Assembly (NCBI GenBank): GCA_002269645.1
Contig: NIVC01001390.1
Coordinates: 1 to 64,000 of the forward strand
Origin: Macrostomum lignano
Lineage: Eukaryota
Reading direction: 5' to 3'
DNA length: 64,000 nt
This document shows, piece after piece, positions 1 to 12,765 of this stretch. Position numbers and translations under genes: made by a program. Position 1 is the first letter of the stretch; every line of letters begins with the position of its first letter. The notes under the pieces were generated by a model. It ran no database searches and was not told where the DNA came from. It saw only the letters and a list, made by a program, of their open reading frames with translations.

Positions 1-1286
1 CCCCTTTAAAGCCATATTTGTCTTTCAATCGCTTTCGAACTGAGCTCACTAAAATATATTCGACCAATCACAGGGGCCTGTTCCGCCCGGGTTCGTCTCC
101 CCTCGCCCGTGTCGTGTCTTTGCCTTCGTTCCTCGGCGTCGTTCGTTAATATCATTTTTGACAAATTAAATATTTTATATTGTTCGGTCGTCAATTAAAT
201 CTGTAACTTTCCTATTTAACATGGTGCAAAAGCACTGTATAATATGCAGACATGCCTGGTTTTGGTGCTTTGATAGAAAATCACGATGTTGGCGGTGTCA
301 GCTCATCGGGGCCGCGTGGTGCACTCCGTTGAAGGTCCCGAAGGTCGCTGTATGTCTACAGGTCAGCCTAGAGGATCGCCATCGTCTATTTCACTCAACG
401 ATTATGTCTACTGACTGAATGCTGCATGCAGAAGAGGATTCTACCACATCAGGTTTGGGAACGCAGCCGTCTCTGAGATGCCGATCGGGTGCTTTTGTTG
501 AAGGTCATGACGGTCGCCGCCGATGCTCCAGACGGATATGAAGGGGACCCTGGTGCCTAGAATGCTGAGAACAAAGGCCTCTACGACAGATGGACCCAGA
601 TGGTTGAGCCATGTTAAAAAGCGGAAAATTTTGATCCATATGGTGGAATTTTACTAAAATCGGTAATTTGGTTTGCGAGCTATCGTGAAATGGGTTGTGT
701 GTATTTGTAATACACCCCCGTGGTCTTTCCCCGTGGGGAAAAATAGCGTGGTCTTTCTATTGTTAACAGTCTCGGATTTTAGTGTTCAAATTTCTGATCG
801 AACAGTGCAAGTTCGAACAAAATCGGTTCAGCCGTTTTTGCTAAAATCGATCGCATACCTAGATAGATACCTAGATAGATACCGACAGACCATTTTTTGT
901 ATATGGATATCATTGCCGGTATATAACACCGCACTCGATAAGAGCTCGCTTCAATTATTTGCAACCCCAGATAAGTGAGGTGTCATTTAGATAAGACCGA
1001 GAAACAGCTGCGAACTCATATGAGCGTAGCTCAGATGATGCTTTGTCAAAGATGCTTTGTCAAAGCTCTACCTTGTGCAAAGGAGTCGAGAGCACGCAAA
1101 TCCTGCAGTGTACACTCTGGCCGCTTCTCTCTCTTTGCTTGAATGTTGTTTAATCTTTACATTATGCTAAGCTTCTTTCTTCTTTCTTACCGAAAATTTC
1201 ATCCTTATCCACGCTGAGTGTAAAATGAATTGCAGTTAGAGACAGAAGCGAAGCGACGCACAGAAAACAACAGTAAGTCTCGCGAA

Positions 1287-4200
1287 ATGAAAACTGTAGC
1301 CAGTATTATTGCTCTACTGTTGACGCTGTGCAGTAGACCGGGTAAGCAAAACACTTAGATTGCTAGTTTTTGCTTGGTAAACTAGGAAAAATAACAGCTT
1401 GTTAACTGCGATTAGTCAAATATAGTTTTTCTTGTCTAATCTTTTGTAAGTGAACGATTCAAAAGATGGTTTTGAATCATTGAATATTTGATGCACACTT
1501 TTTCGAAGAAGATTTGGCCTTCTGAGAGCTCATTGGTGCTGCAATGTGGAATTTTCTTCTTCTGCCCAAAAATCTGGAAGGGGCCAAATAGATCAACAGG
1601 GTAACACATGTGATTCTTGCGACGTACGAACCACTAATTTTTGGACTTGTGAGTAAAAACTTGCGCAAAGTGTGTACTCTCTGTCAGAGCTGTTGCACAA
1701 GGATGTATGAGTGTTGCTTGTCGTGTTAAGGTGTCAGAGGAATAAGCATGAAGGCTTGATGTCTCCTAGATGAGCTTCAGCGCTCAGAGCCCCTGAAAAC
1801 CGAACCAGCCCCATTATGCTTATGTAGTGACTTTGAAGTGTACTTGTTTGCGCTAGTCGCTAGAGCGGGAGTTTGCGACAAAGTAGTCCAGGCATTAGAT
1901 GCAGATGCATTCCATTAGAACAACGAGCATTTCGCAGTCATGAAAGCGTTCAGAGCAAGGAAAATTTTATCGAATCACGCATGTATCTAAAAGTATACGA
2001 GTCGGGGAAGATGCTCAAAAGCTCTTCCGTGGACAACAAAGATGCTCAAGAGGCTTTGCTGTTCCATCAGTTCTTCTGCGGCCTTCCCAAATCCGTGAGC
2101 TGGCAGACTCATGCGGACTCCGGCGTTAAGACCTCAATGCATTCAAAACATCTGAGAATTCAGATGCTGACGCGCTGTCCAGGCTGCACGGTCAAGAAGT
2201 TGCAGCTACGCAATCAACCCCGGAAATCGACACCAAAAGGCGCAAAACTGCACAGCGGCAGCACCCGGAACTCAGCCAGGTAATTCAGGTGATAGACAAG
2301 GACGCAGAAATTGCACCTAGATGGCAAGCAGTACCACTGCATCAACTCGGCAGAATCTGGAAGAAGCTGAAGCTGGATGACGATGGCGTTCTACTGAGCA
2401 AGTTGAATCACCCGGACGGACAGACGGTTCCAGTGGTGTCAGCGACGTTTCGAAAACATTTTTTTGACCAACGCTCACTTGGTCTGGGAGGTCAGTTCAG
2501 AGCCGAGGTACGCTGCAACCGCACACTGAAATTGACTGCCTACTGACCCGGAATGGCTGAAGACATTGTGCAACTGCCAGAGCTGTTCTGTCTGTCAGGA
2601 GAAGAAAGTGGGTTCGCGAACCAGCGGGTCACTCGGAGAACTGCTAATCGGATCTCCATGGAATTCTGTGCTTATCGACATCATCAGGGTGGCGCCATCA
2701 TGGCGTGGCAACAACTGCCTGATGGTGGCTCAATTTTGCAAGTGGCAAGACCACCGCTCGCGCTTTTCTCTTCATCTGCTCCCAGCCTGGACTTTCCCGA
2801 GTCATCCACTCGGATCAAGGACCGAATTTTGAGAGTCAGCTTTTTCGAGACGCTCTGCGAGATCTGGTAGTCATGAAAGCAAAAAACAATCGAATTCTCG
2901 GGCGATTCAGTGCTGCAGTTACTCGGTGTTCCATTGAGCGAGAGAGGAGTGGGAGAATAAGCTACCCCTGATCCTGCTGCCCCACAATTTCCGGGAGCAC
3001 TCTCCAACACAGCTGCTGCTAGCAATCGTATCGTATTTAACTTGCGTATCAATCTAATAAACGCCAAAGGGGCTTCGTCAACTCTCAGTCGTATCTCCCT
3101 GCCTTAGTCTACACTTTTACTAACGTAAAGCCGACATTTTGACTTTATTTTAGCGTCGAGCAGCGAAGAGCCGAAGCTATTCGGAGTTCTGTCGCCAGCA
3201 GATCCACATCAGTATATGCTGTTCTTCTCAACCATGAGCGAGTATCAGAAGCTCGGTGCGACTCAGCTTGTGTACTTTCTAAGCATTGGTGGATCCATAA
3301 TAGATAAGCGATTTAATCCATCAGAGGTGATTAATTCTCACTAAATTCAGTAGTGCAGGTTTCTTTGCTGATAAATACACACGTTTAACATCTTACAAAT
3401 TGTACATTTGCACCGCTTTTATCCTCAGGCCACCTGCATAGCCAACTCCAGTTACTGCTACATGACGGGGAAACTGCCGTCAGACATTTCGCCTAAAGTG
3501 TGTCACATTGGAATCACGGTAAATTTGGAAATGTATCGATTGTTTTATTTAGATCATTTAGTTTAGTCAGTTTAAGTATTTTATCTTACCAACTTATCAA
3601 AATCAATTACAGCTTCGAATTAGCAAGATCAACTACGACGGCTGCTTACCGAATAGCTGTCCCAATATTTACTCGACTGACGAGTGCCAGCTTCGGGGTG
3701 AGACTCGAAGTATTTGTCCTTTTCGCAGCCAGGTGGATGGCTCGACCTTTTACCTCAATTCACCTGTACCTCATGAATCCAAATAAACCCCTAGAACTCC
3801 GCACAATCTAACCACTACTTCAAAACCCGTCTCATCACTTAAAATCCGCCTAGCTAAAGCACATTACATGTATTCCAGAATCTCAGCATGCGTCTGACCC
3901 CCGGATCGATTACGGTTAAATAGACAGCCGCTGTATAGTACACCCTATGTGAGCGTGTACATATATGAGTGCGTGCCTGCGTACAGTATTTGTGAGTTTC
4001 TATGTGCTCAGGAGCCAGTGGGATTGCCCACTGATTGTGGAACTATGTCGCTGAAAGCGTCGCGCCAGGGTGCTCAAAGCATTCCTGCAATTCATATTAT
4101 TATCATCCCAGTATTCCGCCCAAATCCGCCCACACCCCTGCAGTGCACGCAGACACCAGGGAGTGCAGCCAGCAGTCCTGGCCCTTCGAGCCGTGTCCGT

Positions 4201-4583
4201 ATCCCCCGTCGGTCTCCGAGTTTCTGCCGAAGAGCCAGCAATACAACAAGAGCAGCAGCGAAAATTCAACTGAAATTAGAAAAGAAGCGCAAGACTCCAG
4301 CAAATCGCTTGTTTTAAAAGGCAGTTTCAGCGTACTCTTTGTAGCGATTGGGGTCACCATCGGACTGCTGATGTCGGTTCTGAGACGCCCACACGTGACG
4401 GTCTTGTACTTAATTGAGTCTTGCGACAGCGACTGGCAAAGACTGTTGAAGCCGCCACCCAAAAGACAGCTGGAGCGTATCAAGCGGATGCCAGGACATT
4501 CCTTCAGCTCTGTGGCAGCCGGCATTAAAGAGTTAAGCATGAGAAACTGGAAAACCGCTCCTGCACTGAGAACAGCTGATTAA
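1287..4583 (+). CDS. Uncharacterised single-pass type I membrane protein: signal peptide, Cys-rich ectodomain, TM helix, short cytoplasmic tail
   Basis: Phase-compatible GT-AG exons 1287-1341, 3154-3326, 3429-3518, 3613-3697, 4069-4583. N-terminus MKTVASIIALLLTLCSRP; ectodomain contains GCLPNSCPNIY and GCSKHSCNSYY; TM segment FSVLFVAIGVTIGLLMSVL followed by RR. Confidence 0.7.
1870..2880 (+). mobile_element. Degenerate LTR retrotransposon (Gypsy-like) gag/integrase remnant in intron 1
   Basis: Frameshifted ORF pieces: HQFFCGLP (gag-like), IWKKLKLDDDGVLL, RTLKLTAY*PGMAEDIV, CQSCSVCQEKK (integrase Zn-finger region), PWNSVLIDII (start of integrase core). Confidence 0.7.
3930..4030 (+). repeat. 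Copy of a ~100-bp dispersed repeat
   Basis: tacaccctatgtgagcgtgt...tatgagtgc...tgcctgcgtacagtatt...gctcagga recurs at ~51818-51892 (+), ~28553-28612 (+, partial) and ~23966-24085 (-). Confidence 0.6.
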
Positions 4584-5341
4584 GGGATGTCAACTGCTTA
4601 ATTTTCCTGTTTGACAGTTTATTGTTTGATAATCAGCTTTCCCTGCTTTAGACTCATCAGCTGTTTAGTCTGCCAAATGACTAAACGAAAGTGCACTTTA
4701 TTTGTCTCTGTTAGCCACACCGAGTGCTAGAGCGCATCCATAAACAGCGCTGTCCCCTCTCGGTTATCATGATTTAATGACCTCTTCTGCAGGGGAGTAA
4801 TAAATTTTAGAATCTGCGAATCATCTCAAACGCACTTGTAGCGCCTAAATGGATCTAGACTATCGGGGCTACAAATCTTCTTTTTATTGCTCCCGTGTGA
4901 GTTTTCTATTTGACTGATCTATTTTTATTGTCTTTGTATGCTGTTGGTGCTGACAAAACTCATTATTTTTGAAGTAATGGCCTAAGGGAAAATAAAAATT
5001 AATCTATTTTTTAGTCATTGCTGGAATTTTTTGTTTATGTAGTTTTTGTTGGAAAGCGTTATGAAAGTGTATTGCTCTTGGTAAAAGTGAGCCTTTAGTT
5101 AGCTCAAATAGTTGCTGGTTTTCTGCAATGCCTATGACAAACCACGTCTTTCGGCTTGGCTCGTTTCCGCTGCGTGTGTCGCACCCAATAGATCGCAAAA
5201 AGGTATATAGAAATTCAATGACGGTGTCGCTGTTGGCTCGAATCTTCAAATTCATCCGATTTTCCGGATTTAGTCGCACACATCGCACCGTGCCCGACGT
5301 AGGATCGTTGGTAACGTCAACTGGGTTAGTTAACTCGGTAT

Positions 5342-5720
5342 CTACAGCTGGAGAGTTGGTCGTAATTTAGCCACCTTCACGGCAGCTGTTACTTGATGGC
5401 TCATAGCACATATGGCTTGCTCTCGTTTCTGCCCTCGTCGAATGTAGCGCTCGACAGATGCACCTCGCTTGTGGCCTGTCAGTTCGGCGATAGCTTCGAC
5501 AATAAATCCAGCATTTTTAGAGGGTATCGTCGGCAAACAAACAAACGATCGGCCATCAACGTTAACACCACAAGAATGAGTTCATAGAAAAATAATTTAA
5601 ATGCTCTTGTCCGCGTTCACCAAGTTGGTACTAAAGAATAAACAAAACTGTGTCTGGCCCGGCGCCACTGCGGTCAAAGTATATAGCCACGCAGCCTTGC
5701 TATGTCGCCTTCTTCAATTG
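5342..5720 (-). mobile_element. Decayed tyrosine recombinase C-terminus (Crypton/DIRS-like element remnant)
   Basis: KNAGFIVEAIAELTGHKRGASVERYIRR resembles the YR motif LxxAG...IxxxTGHxS...Y. The upstream frames are broken by stops and the HxxR box is missing. Confidence 0.45.
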
Positions 5721-6501
5721 GACCGTAGCTCTTGATTACATCTTCTGACTGGATAAACTTTGAACTTTGAACTTCAACATGCGATTTAAACCGTCGAAAT
5801 TCACAACGATACGAGTATATGGATGTTTTCCTGCAACAGCAAACCGAGGAGCACCTTGCGGAAGAGAAAATCGAGCAATCCTGATATTAACCTTGATGGC
5901 ATGTTCGACTGCACGCCGAGCGTTAAGATCTCGAAAGATCGATAGAAGAGCTATAAGAAAGTGTCACGAGTGTCAATACCAGACGTCAGACGGATGAATA
6001 CGTCAAAATGTGGTTCAACTTCATGGCATCGACGCCATCTTTTAAAATTGACTTGATGGCGGCTGAGCCAGAAAACGCTAACAGTGTGCTGCTATTGTTC
6101 TACGGCACGCAAAGTCAACTTTCCACAATTTCACGGAAGCGGGACTGAGAGCACCTTTAATTAACCCAAATGACTGTCTACTGTAATATGGACATTATTG
6201 CAAATGTGACGCCTCTCATACATGTAATTTTTTATACTGTTGTCTCGCTGAATCGTCGTATAAAACGTATTCAGTGACTATGTTAAGGTCAGGCCATGGA
6301 CATCCACTTTATGCACGCGTTTTGATCACCAGAACACTTCTTGCATAGCTTGACTATTGGATTTTATCGGCAGCAAGACGACTTTTTGGTGTACAAAATA
6401 ATTACAAGAGCGGTTTTGCTTTTACAAATTTCAGTTTTACCTACCTTTCAATTAGAAGTTTCTCTTTAAGATATGTTTGTACTATGTTCTTTGAACAGAG
6501 T

Positions 6502-6797
6502 TTGTGTCTTGTTCCGATTGCGGTAGCTCGTAGAACGACTTCAAATTCAGACAGCCATTCCACAGCAAAAGACTCTAAAACTGGTCGGAAATCGATATCG
6601 AGTCAAAAGTGTTTTGCTTCAGCACTCGTTATAGAGAAACGAAAGTATTTTTGTGTCTTGTTCTGATTTGCGGTAGCTCGTAGGACGACTTCAAATTGAG
6701 ACAGCCATTCCACAGCAAAAGACTAAAACTGGTCGGAAATCAATATCGAGTCAAAAGTGTTTAGCTTCAGCACTCGTTATAGAGAAACGAAAGTATT
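6502..6797 (+). repeat. Direct tandem duplication of ~148 bp just upstream of the first metalloprotease gene
   Basis: ttgtgtcttgttc...gtagctcgtag...acttcaaatt...ccattccacagcaaaagact...cagcactcgttatagagaaacgaaagtatt occurs twice back to back with a few substitutions and indels. Confidence 0.9.
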
Positions 6798-6992
6798 GGA
6801 AGTTTGAAATTACTTAAATTTTTGAAGAACCCCACATACTTACACAGTTTAAGGAACGGTTTCCTACTGGAAGTTTTATTTAAAATATTTGTGGCGAATC
6901 GACTTTTGTATTTATATTTTACCTATTCTACGGCTGCTTCTGTGCTTAAAAGCAAGGCTCAAGCGGTGTGCAAAGTCCAGAAACCAATAAAA

Positions 6993-8484
6993 ATGCAGCG
7001 AACAGGTAGGTTTGAAAAAAAAGTAAAACCATATGCAGGCGATGATTCTGCCGCATTTTCAGTTCTGCTGCTGTTCATTGTTTTTACGGTGGCCCAGGCC
7101 TCGGTGTCCGTGACGCAATCCAGCGGTGACGGACCTCACCCGTCCTCCATGGAGATCGAGCTCCAGCTGCCCGACATCGACAAGAAAGTCCGCATCCCGC
7201 TGACTAAGACTGCTCCGTTGGATGACGCTGTGGTCACTGTGACGGACGGTGGAGTCTCCAGGACGTTCTCTGGCCGACAAGCTCAACACGGAGATCACGC
7301 TCACTACAGAAATGTCGATCGGAAGTCTGTGATCAGCGTTCGACACGAGAACGGCACAAAGCGCATCAAAGGTCACGTGACGCACCAAGACGCCTTGTAT
7401 TTCGTCGAGCCGATCGGCGACTTCGAGCACCGTGTCTCCAAAACCAACGGAACTGACTCGCAGACGGATGGGACGCAGCCCGAGCGGGTTCTGAGTCGCA
7501 AGAAACGCCGAGTAAACCGAGAGGCTACCGAGTACATAGTCGAGATCCACATCCTCATTGATCACCACGTTTGGAAGACTTTCAAGTCAATTTTCGGTTC
7601 AGATGAAGAAGCCCTGACTGAGCTGCACTTCTACTATTCTCACATTGTGATTGGCATGGACACGGTCTTCAGGAACATCGGCAGTCCGTCAATCAGTGTC
7701 AGGTGCATCGAGTTAACAGTAGCTAAGACAGAAGCCGATGCAAAGTGGATGCCACCGGATAGCTCGGCTGACGGTACGCGCTTTATGATAAATAGTGTCC
7801 CTTATTGCGTACAGTGTAATTTCCAATAATCTCAACGTTGAAGCGTTTGCCTGAACTGATCTTTTTAGCGAAAGATGGAAATGTTATTTTAAACGGCATC
7901 GAAGCGTACGCGAAAGGCAAAAGAGCCGATCACGTGATGGCTTTCACCCGCGGGGGCATTGGGAAGGACGGATTCTTGGTCGTGGCAGGATTGGCCTTTC
8001 CGAGTGGTGCCTGCCGAAAGTGGAAGGTCAGCCTTGTTGACGATACGGGCCTCGACAGCTGGAACACGGCGGCGCACGAGCTTGCGCACAGCTTAGGGGC
8101 CAGTCACGATAACAGAGAGCCTGGCTGCGAAATTCATCAGAAGTTCTTGATGTCACCGCATGGTTCGGTCTACGATCTCAGCAACGTAGCCAATTCCTAT
8201 CGCTTCTCTCCATGCACAGTGAGGCAGATCAGGACCTATCTCGAATCCAGTAAGCTATTAAAATGCATGTTTTGTTTTAATTTGATTGCGAAAGCAAGAT
8301 TCAGCTAGTCGATAACGTCTTTCGTATAAGTGCTCTATGACGGAATTAGAAACTACTGAGTATGTCCCTGAACGGAATACTCAACCGATATCATTAGCCA
8401 CATCCGTCACGAACTATATTTTGGATCCCTAACTCGCTAGGTGGGAGGGGTAAAGCGATAGCGCGCAAGAATGATTAGTCATGG

Positions 8485-8581
<97 letters not shown>

Positions 8582-9894
8582 ACAACGTGAAAACCAAAGT
8601 TTAACCCTCAAATTGTCTCAATGAGGAACTCTAATTTCGTCTTTCTTTGTTATGCACGGACTGGCTATTATTTGCACTGTTACTGCAACATGCTGTATTA
8701 AATATTAATATGCTATTAGTATATTAATATTACTAATTTTCATATTAATTAGCGGAAGATAAAAAATTGTTAAAATGAAGAGTTAAGAGCGAACAGGGCC
8801 ACTCGACAAAGCTAGACGGTAGCTACGGTTGGTTCAGGATTCAATAGGGCTGGCATATGACGCTGGCTTCGGTTTCTTTGTGAGAGTTTGGGATAGTGGT
8901 TCTAGAAGGGAGATCGAGATGATGCTTGGGTCAAAAGCAGTGGGAAATGCGCTTTCGGTTCTTGACTCTGACAAGAAGGAAATATTCGGGCGCCTGATTC
9001 GTAGCAAAAACGGCATTGAACTGTCCTTGGTTTGCGTTGCCTAGCAGCCGAGTGACGTCACTTGTCTAGCAGTGCTGTGATTGGTTAGTAAAATTGGGTA
9101 GGTACCCCTTGAAAAGGCGGAATAAGCGAATAGAAAAATGTCTTACTGGTATCGGAGTTCGTCGAGTGCATTTCGTTTCGGTGATTTGAACAACAGCGCT
9201 GAGGTCGGGGTGGGTGACAAGAAGTGGGGTGGGTGTAGGTAATGAGTGATCAGATGATTTATCAGGAGGATGGCAGATATTCAGAGTTGGGATCGGCATT
9301 GGTGAACTTGAGGTGAAATAATATAAAAATTTTGCTGAGATCCTTACCGCTGTCAAATTACGAGATAAAGGCTTGTATTTTTGTTATTCACAAACTGTAT
9401 TTTTTAATCTCTAACCAGGTGAAGCAGCGTGCCTGCGGTCTCTTCAAGGCACCGGTGTCAGCCAACTGACAGGCTCTGTCCGCCAAGGAGCTCGCTTATC
9501 CCTCGATCAGGTGTGCCGTCTCAGATACCCATCCAGTCCTGGCAAATTATTCGTGCATGAGAAATTCATAAAGGACCCAGCTTTGTTGTGCATCAACGTG
9601 TACTGCCACAGGGAGGCTTGGGGATCGAGTGCGCCATTTAGGTACGGCCTTCGAGCCCCGGTCGGCACCCCGTGCGGCAGTCAGAAGAGCTGCAACTGGA
9701 ACGGCCAGTGCAGCTACGACTCGAAGGTCCCCGCTATCGACATGTCCTGCTTTTTCGGCGACATTAACTCCTTCGACAAGTGCAGCATTGTATACCGGAC
9801 CATCACCAAGATTCCAAGTGCAGTAATCAGGAACAGATATTGCAATCAGATGAAGCCTGCCTGCTGCAAGACGCTGGCCTCCATCTGCTCTTGA
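6993..9894 (+). CDS. Secreted reprolysin (M12B) / ADAMTS-like metalloprotease, paralogue 1
   Basis: Exons 6993-7005, 7063-7773, 7869-8249, 9419-9894. Signal peptide, prodomain, furin-type site RKKRR, HELAHSLGASHD zinc motif (~8075-8111), Met-turn FLMSP, ADAMTS-type Cys-rich module (APVGTPCGSQKSCNWNGQC) and a 6-Cys C-terminal module. No TSP1 repeat and no TM helix. Confidence 0.9.
8485..8577. repeat. (GA)n microsatellite in intron 3
   Basis: Direct reading. Confidence 0.97.
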
Positions 9895-10884
9895 CGTTGT
9901 CACATAGCTTTAAATGCTGGACCGATTTGTTTGAGTTAACTATAAACAGCTGATAAAGAGTGAAAATATATTGTCGCAATCCAAAACTCAGTTTCATTCG
10001 TTATTGACTCTCGTTTTGCTGTCAAATGGTACCCATTTGGGCAGACGAAGGCCGTTAGAGGCACGGTTCTTTATAAATGAACCGTTCTCACTGTCCTCAT
10101 TTATAACTCAACACGCCAGGCTTATGGCACTAAGCAAGCAAATTCCAGCTCGTAGTTCAGCATCAAAATAAGCGAATTGGGTGGCCCAGTTTCTTTCGGT
10201 TAGATTAATAGGAATGGCATGCATCTGCCCTTTGTCTCTGCCAATGAAGCGATTCTCCCTTGAAGTTTTTTTGATAAAACACTAGTGGCTCTTCTAGCAA
10301 AATATTGTCGCCTTGTGGATGCAGGAAGGAAGAGCTCCAATACTTTTTCGCATTTGAATCTGAATGCGAGGAATATAGTTTTTTGGCTGCTCTGACAGTT
10401 TCAAACCGTGTGTGCAACATCTCTTTGTGGCCTGAATTCTGAATTCACCTAAAGAGAGACTTCTACGAGCTATGTTTTTTCTTTGAGTATCCGCCCAACT
10501 TTCTTCTTTTAGATTGGATTTCTCATTGCAGTTGAGCACTAGTTACAATATTTGACGAGGGCGGTGTTTTTCATCTTAATACATGTAAATCTCAGCATCA
10601 CCACACCCTGCACTGATTGTTGGCAGTATGACCGTACGAGCTATGATGTCCTCTGGCGGTCTGGTAAGGGCGTCGAACTGCCCTTTCGAAAAGGCAGCGA
10701 GTTTCTGCTCTTGAAAGAACGAAAGATCACTGACGTCGATATTTGCTTATAACTTGAGTCAAATTTCAATAGTTTAGTATATATTTTCATTTGGAAGCTC
10801 CATCACCAAAAAAGTTTTTCTCGTGCCATTTCTGCTACATTAGTTGGTGTTTTCGTCTCCATTTGGAACCTGGCTTTTTCCCGA

Positions 10885-12765
10885 TTAGCATAGAGTAGCC
10901 AAAGACCTGCAGCAACCCTCCTTGGCGCTGTCAGTACAAGAAGTCCAGCCCTTCTCGATGTACATCTTCCAGTCTGCGCAGTTGCTCCACGAGTCGCCCC
11001 AGAAGCAGCTGTCGTCAGCTGCTGGAGCGGATTCGTCCGCTGAGCACTCGCCGTTCCAGTTGCAGCTCTTTTTGTTGCCGCACGGCGTACCAACTGGAGC
11101 GCGAAGTCCGCTCACAGATGTACCACCGCCGGTGCTCGAAGCGCAGTAGATCATGGCGCAGATGGAGGCAGGATTGTTGAAGGTATCGGTAGTGAGGTAA
11201 AACTTTCCAGGACCGTTGGGCTGGAAAAAGCGGCAAACCTGGTCGAGGGTCAAGCGAGTGCCTTCGCGCGTATTCGATGTCAGCTCACTAAGACGGCTTC
11301 CCTGGTCGGAAGTCATGCAGTTTGTTGAGCCTGTTTGAGACAAGAGTCAAGTGTTACCTTAAAAAGTGCAATTATCGCTAAAAATGAATGGTCAAATGAG
11401 CACGCACACGGATGCGTAAGCAGGGTGCACAACGGTCCTGAATTTGTCATCATCACAGAGCATGTACATATCCCTTGACTAAGCCGTTTACCCTCCCTCT
11501 GCTTACCCAGAGAGTTAAGATATGCCGACATGTAGGACACCGAGCAGCTGGAGAAGCGGTAGGAGTTAGCTACGTTAGCCAGATTGTACATTCCGCCAGA
11601 CGGAGACATGAGGTTCTTCGCGCCCGAGCTGCAGGTGTTGCCGCTCGCATCGTGATGAGAGCCCAAGTTGTGAGCGAGCTCGTGAGCAGCTGTGCCCCAA
11701 CTTTGCAGTCCCTGATCCTCGTTGATGCTGACTCGAATATTCCTACAGACGCCTCCTACGTACGCCATGCCGCAAACCGATGAGCTACCGCCGCCGGTGA
11801 TGTCCATACGCGTGAAGGCCATGAAGTGGTCAGCTGTCTTTCCAACGATGTAGTTCTTCATTGCACTTAAGATGTTGCTTCCCTCAGTATCTAATTTTGA
11901 AATCAACTGAATAGCATTGCAATGCGTGCTTAAAATATAAATCTCAATAAAAAGAATCACCCCCTATTTAATTTACCTTCCCCAGCCATCCACTTGTCAT
12001 CGGCCAGCGTCTTTGAAATGGTCATGCCGATGCAGCTGACGCTGATAGACGGGGAGCCGATATTTCTGTACGACGTGTCGATTCCGTTCAAAATATGCGT
12101 GTAGTAAAAGTGCAACTCGGTGAGGGCCGCTGAGTCAGTGCTGTAGATGCTCTTGAAAGCGGACCAGACGCGGCTGTCAATTAGCAGGTAAATCTCCACC
12201 TTGTAGTTAGTGGATGCGGTGTTTGTCTGGCGCTTCTTGCGACTCTCGATGTCCCTGGCGACGTTGACCTTCTTGGCCAAGTCATGCGGGTTCAACGCGT
12301 TCATGGTGACCTGGTGGTCGGCGTCTCCTAGCGGCTCAAGGAAGTACGACGTTCCCTCGTGCATCACGTGACCACTAATGCGCCTCTTTCCGTTGACGTG
12401 TCGGACGCTGATCACGGACTTGGACTCAATGTCCCTGTAGTGAGCGTGGCTCGGATGGTGAATCTGGCGAGCCGAAAAAGTCATGGAGAGTCCATTCTCT
12501 GTCACTGTGACTGGGACATTCTCGAAATCTTGTGTCTTGTTCAGCGGAATCCGAACTTTCTTGTTCGAACTGGGCAGCTGTACTTCCATCTCCATAGCTG
12601 ATGGGTGCAGCTCGTTGCTGCTGGTTCGAGTCACCGTGACGGAAGCCTGAGCCACCGCGAGGCCCAGCAGGAAGAGCACTGAAAGGAGAGAAATAAAAAG
12701 ATGACTTGCGTTTTTCCTTGGCTATTTACAAAAAGAAGCAGTATGAGCTTACCAATCTGACGCAT
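10885..12765 (-). CDS. Secreted reprolysin (M12B) / ADAMTS-like metalloprotease, paralogue 2
   Basis: Exons 12765-12753, 12678-11977, 11890-11507, 11330-10885. Three phase-1 introns at the same positions as in paralogue 1; SRKKR site, HELAHNLGSHHD, NLMSP, APVGTPCGNKKSCNWNGEC, CCRSLATLC*. Confidence 0.92.

Noticed and set aside
200-620. Degenerate coding-like segment at the window start
   Set aside because: Several stops in every frame and no recognisable family.
4012-4034. In-frame TGA upstream of ORF 4035 as selenocysteine or readthrough
   Set aside because: The segment lies in a dispersed repeat, and an alternative phase-compatible acceptor at 4068 gives an open protein. No SECIS was recognised.
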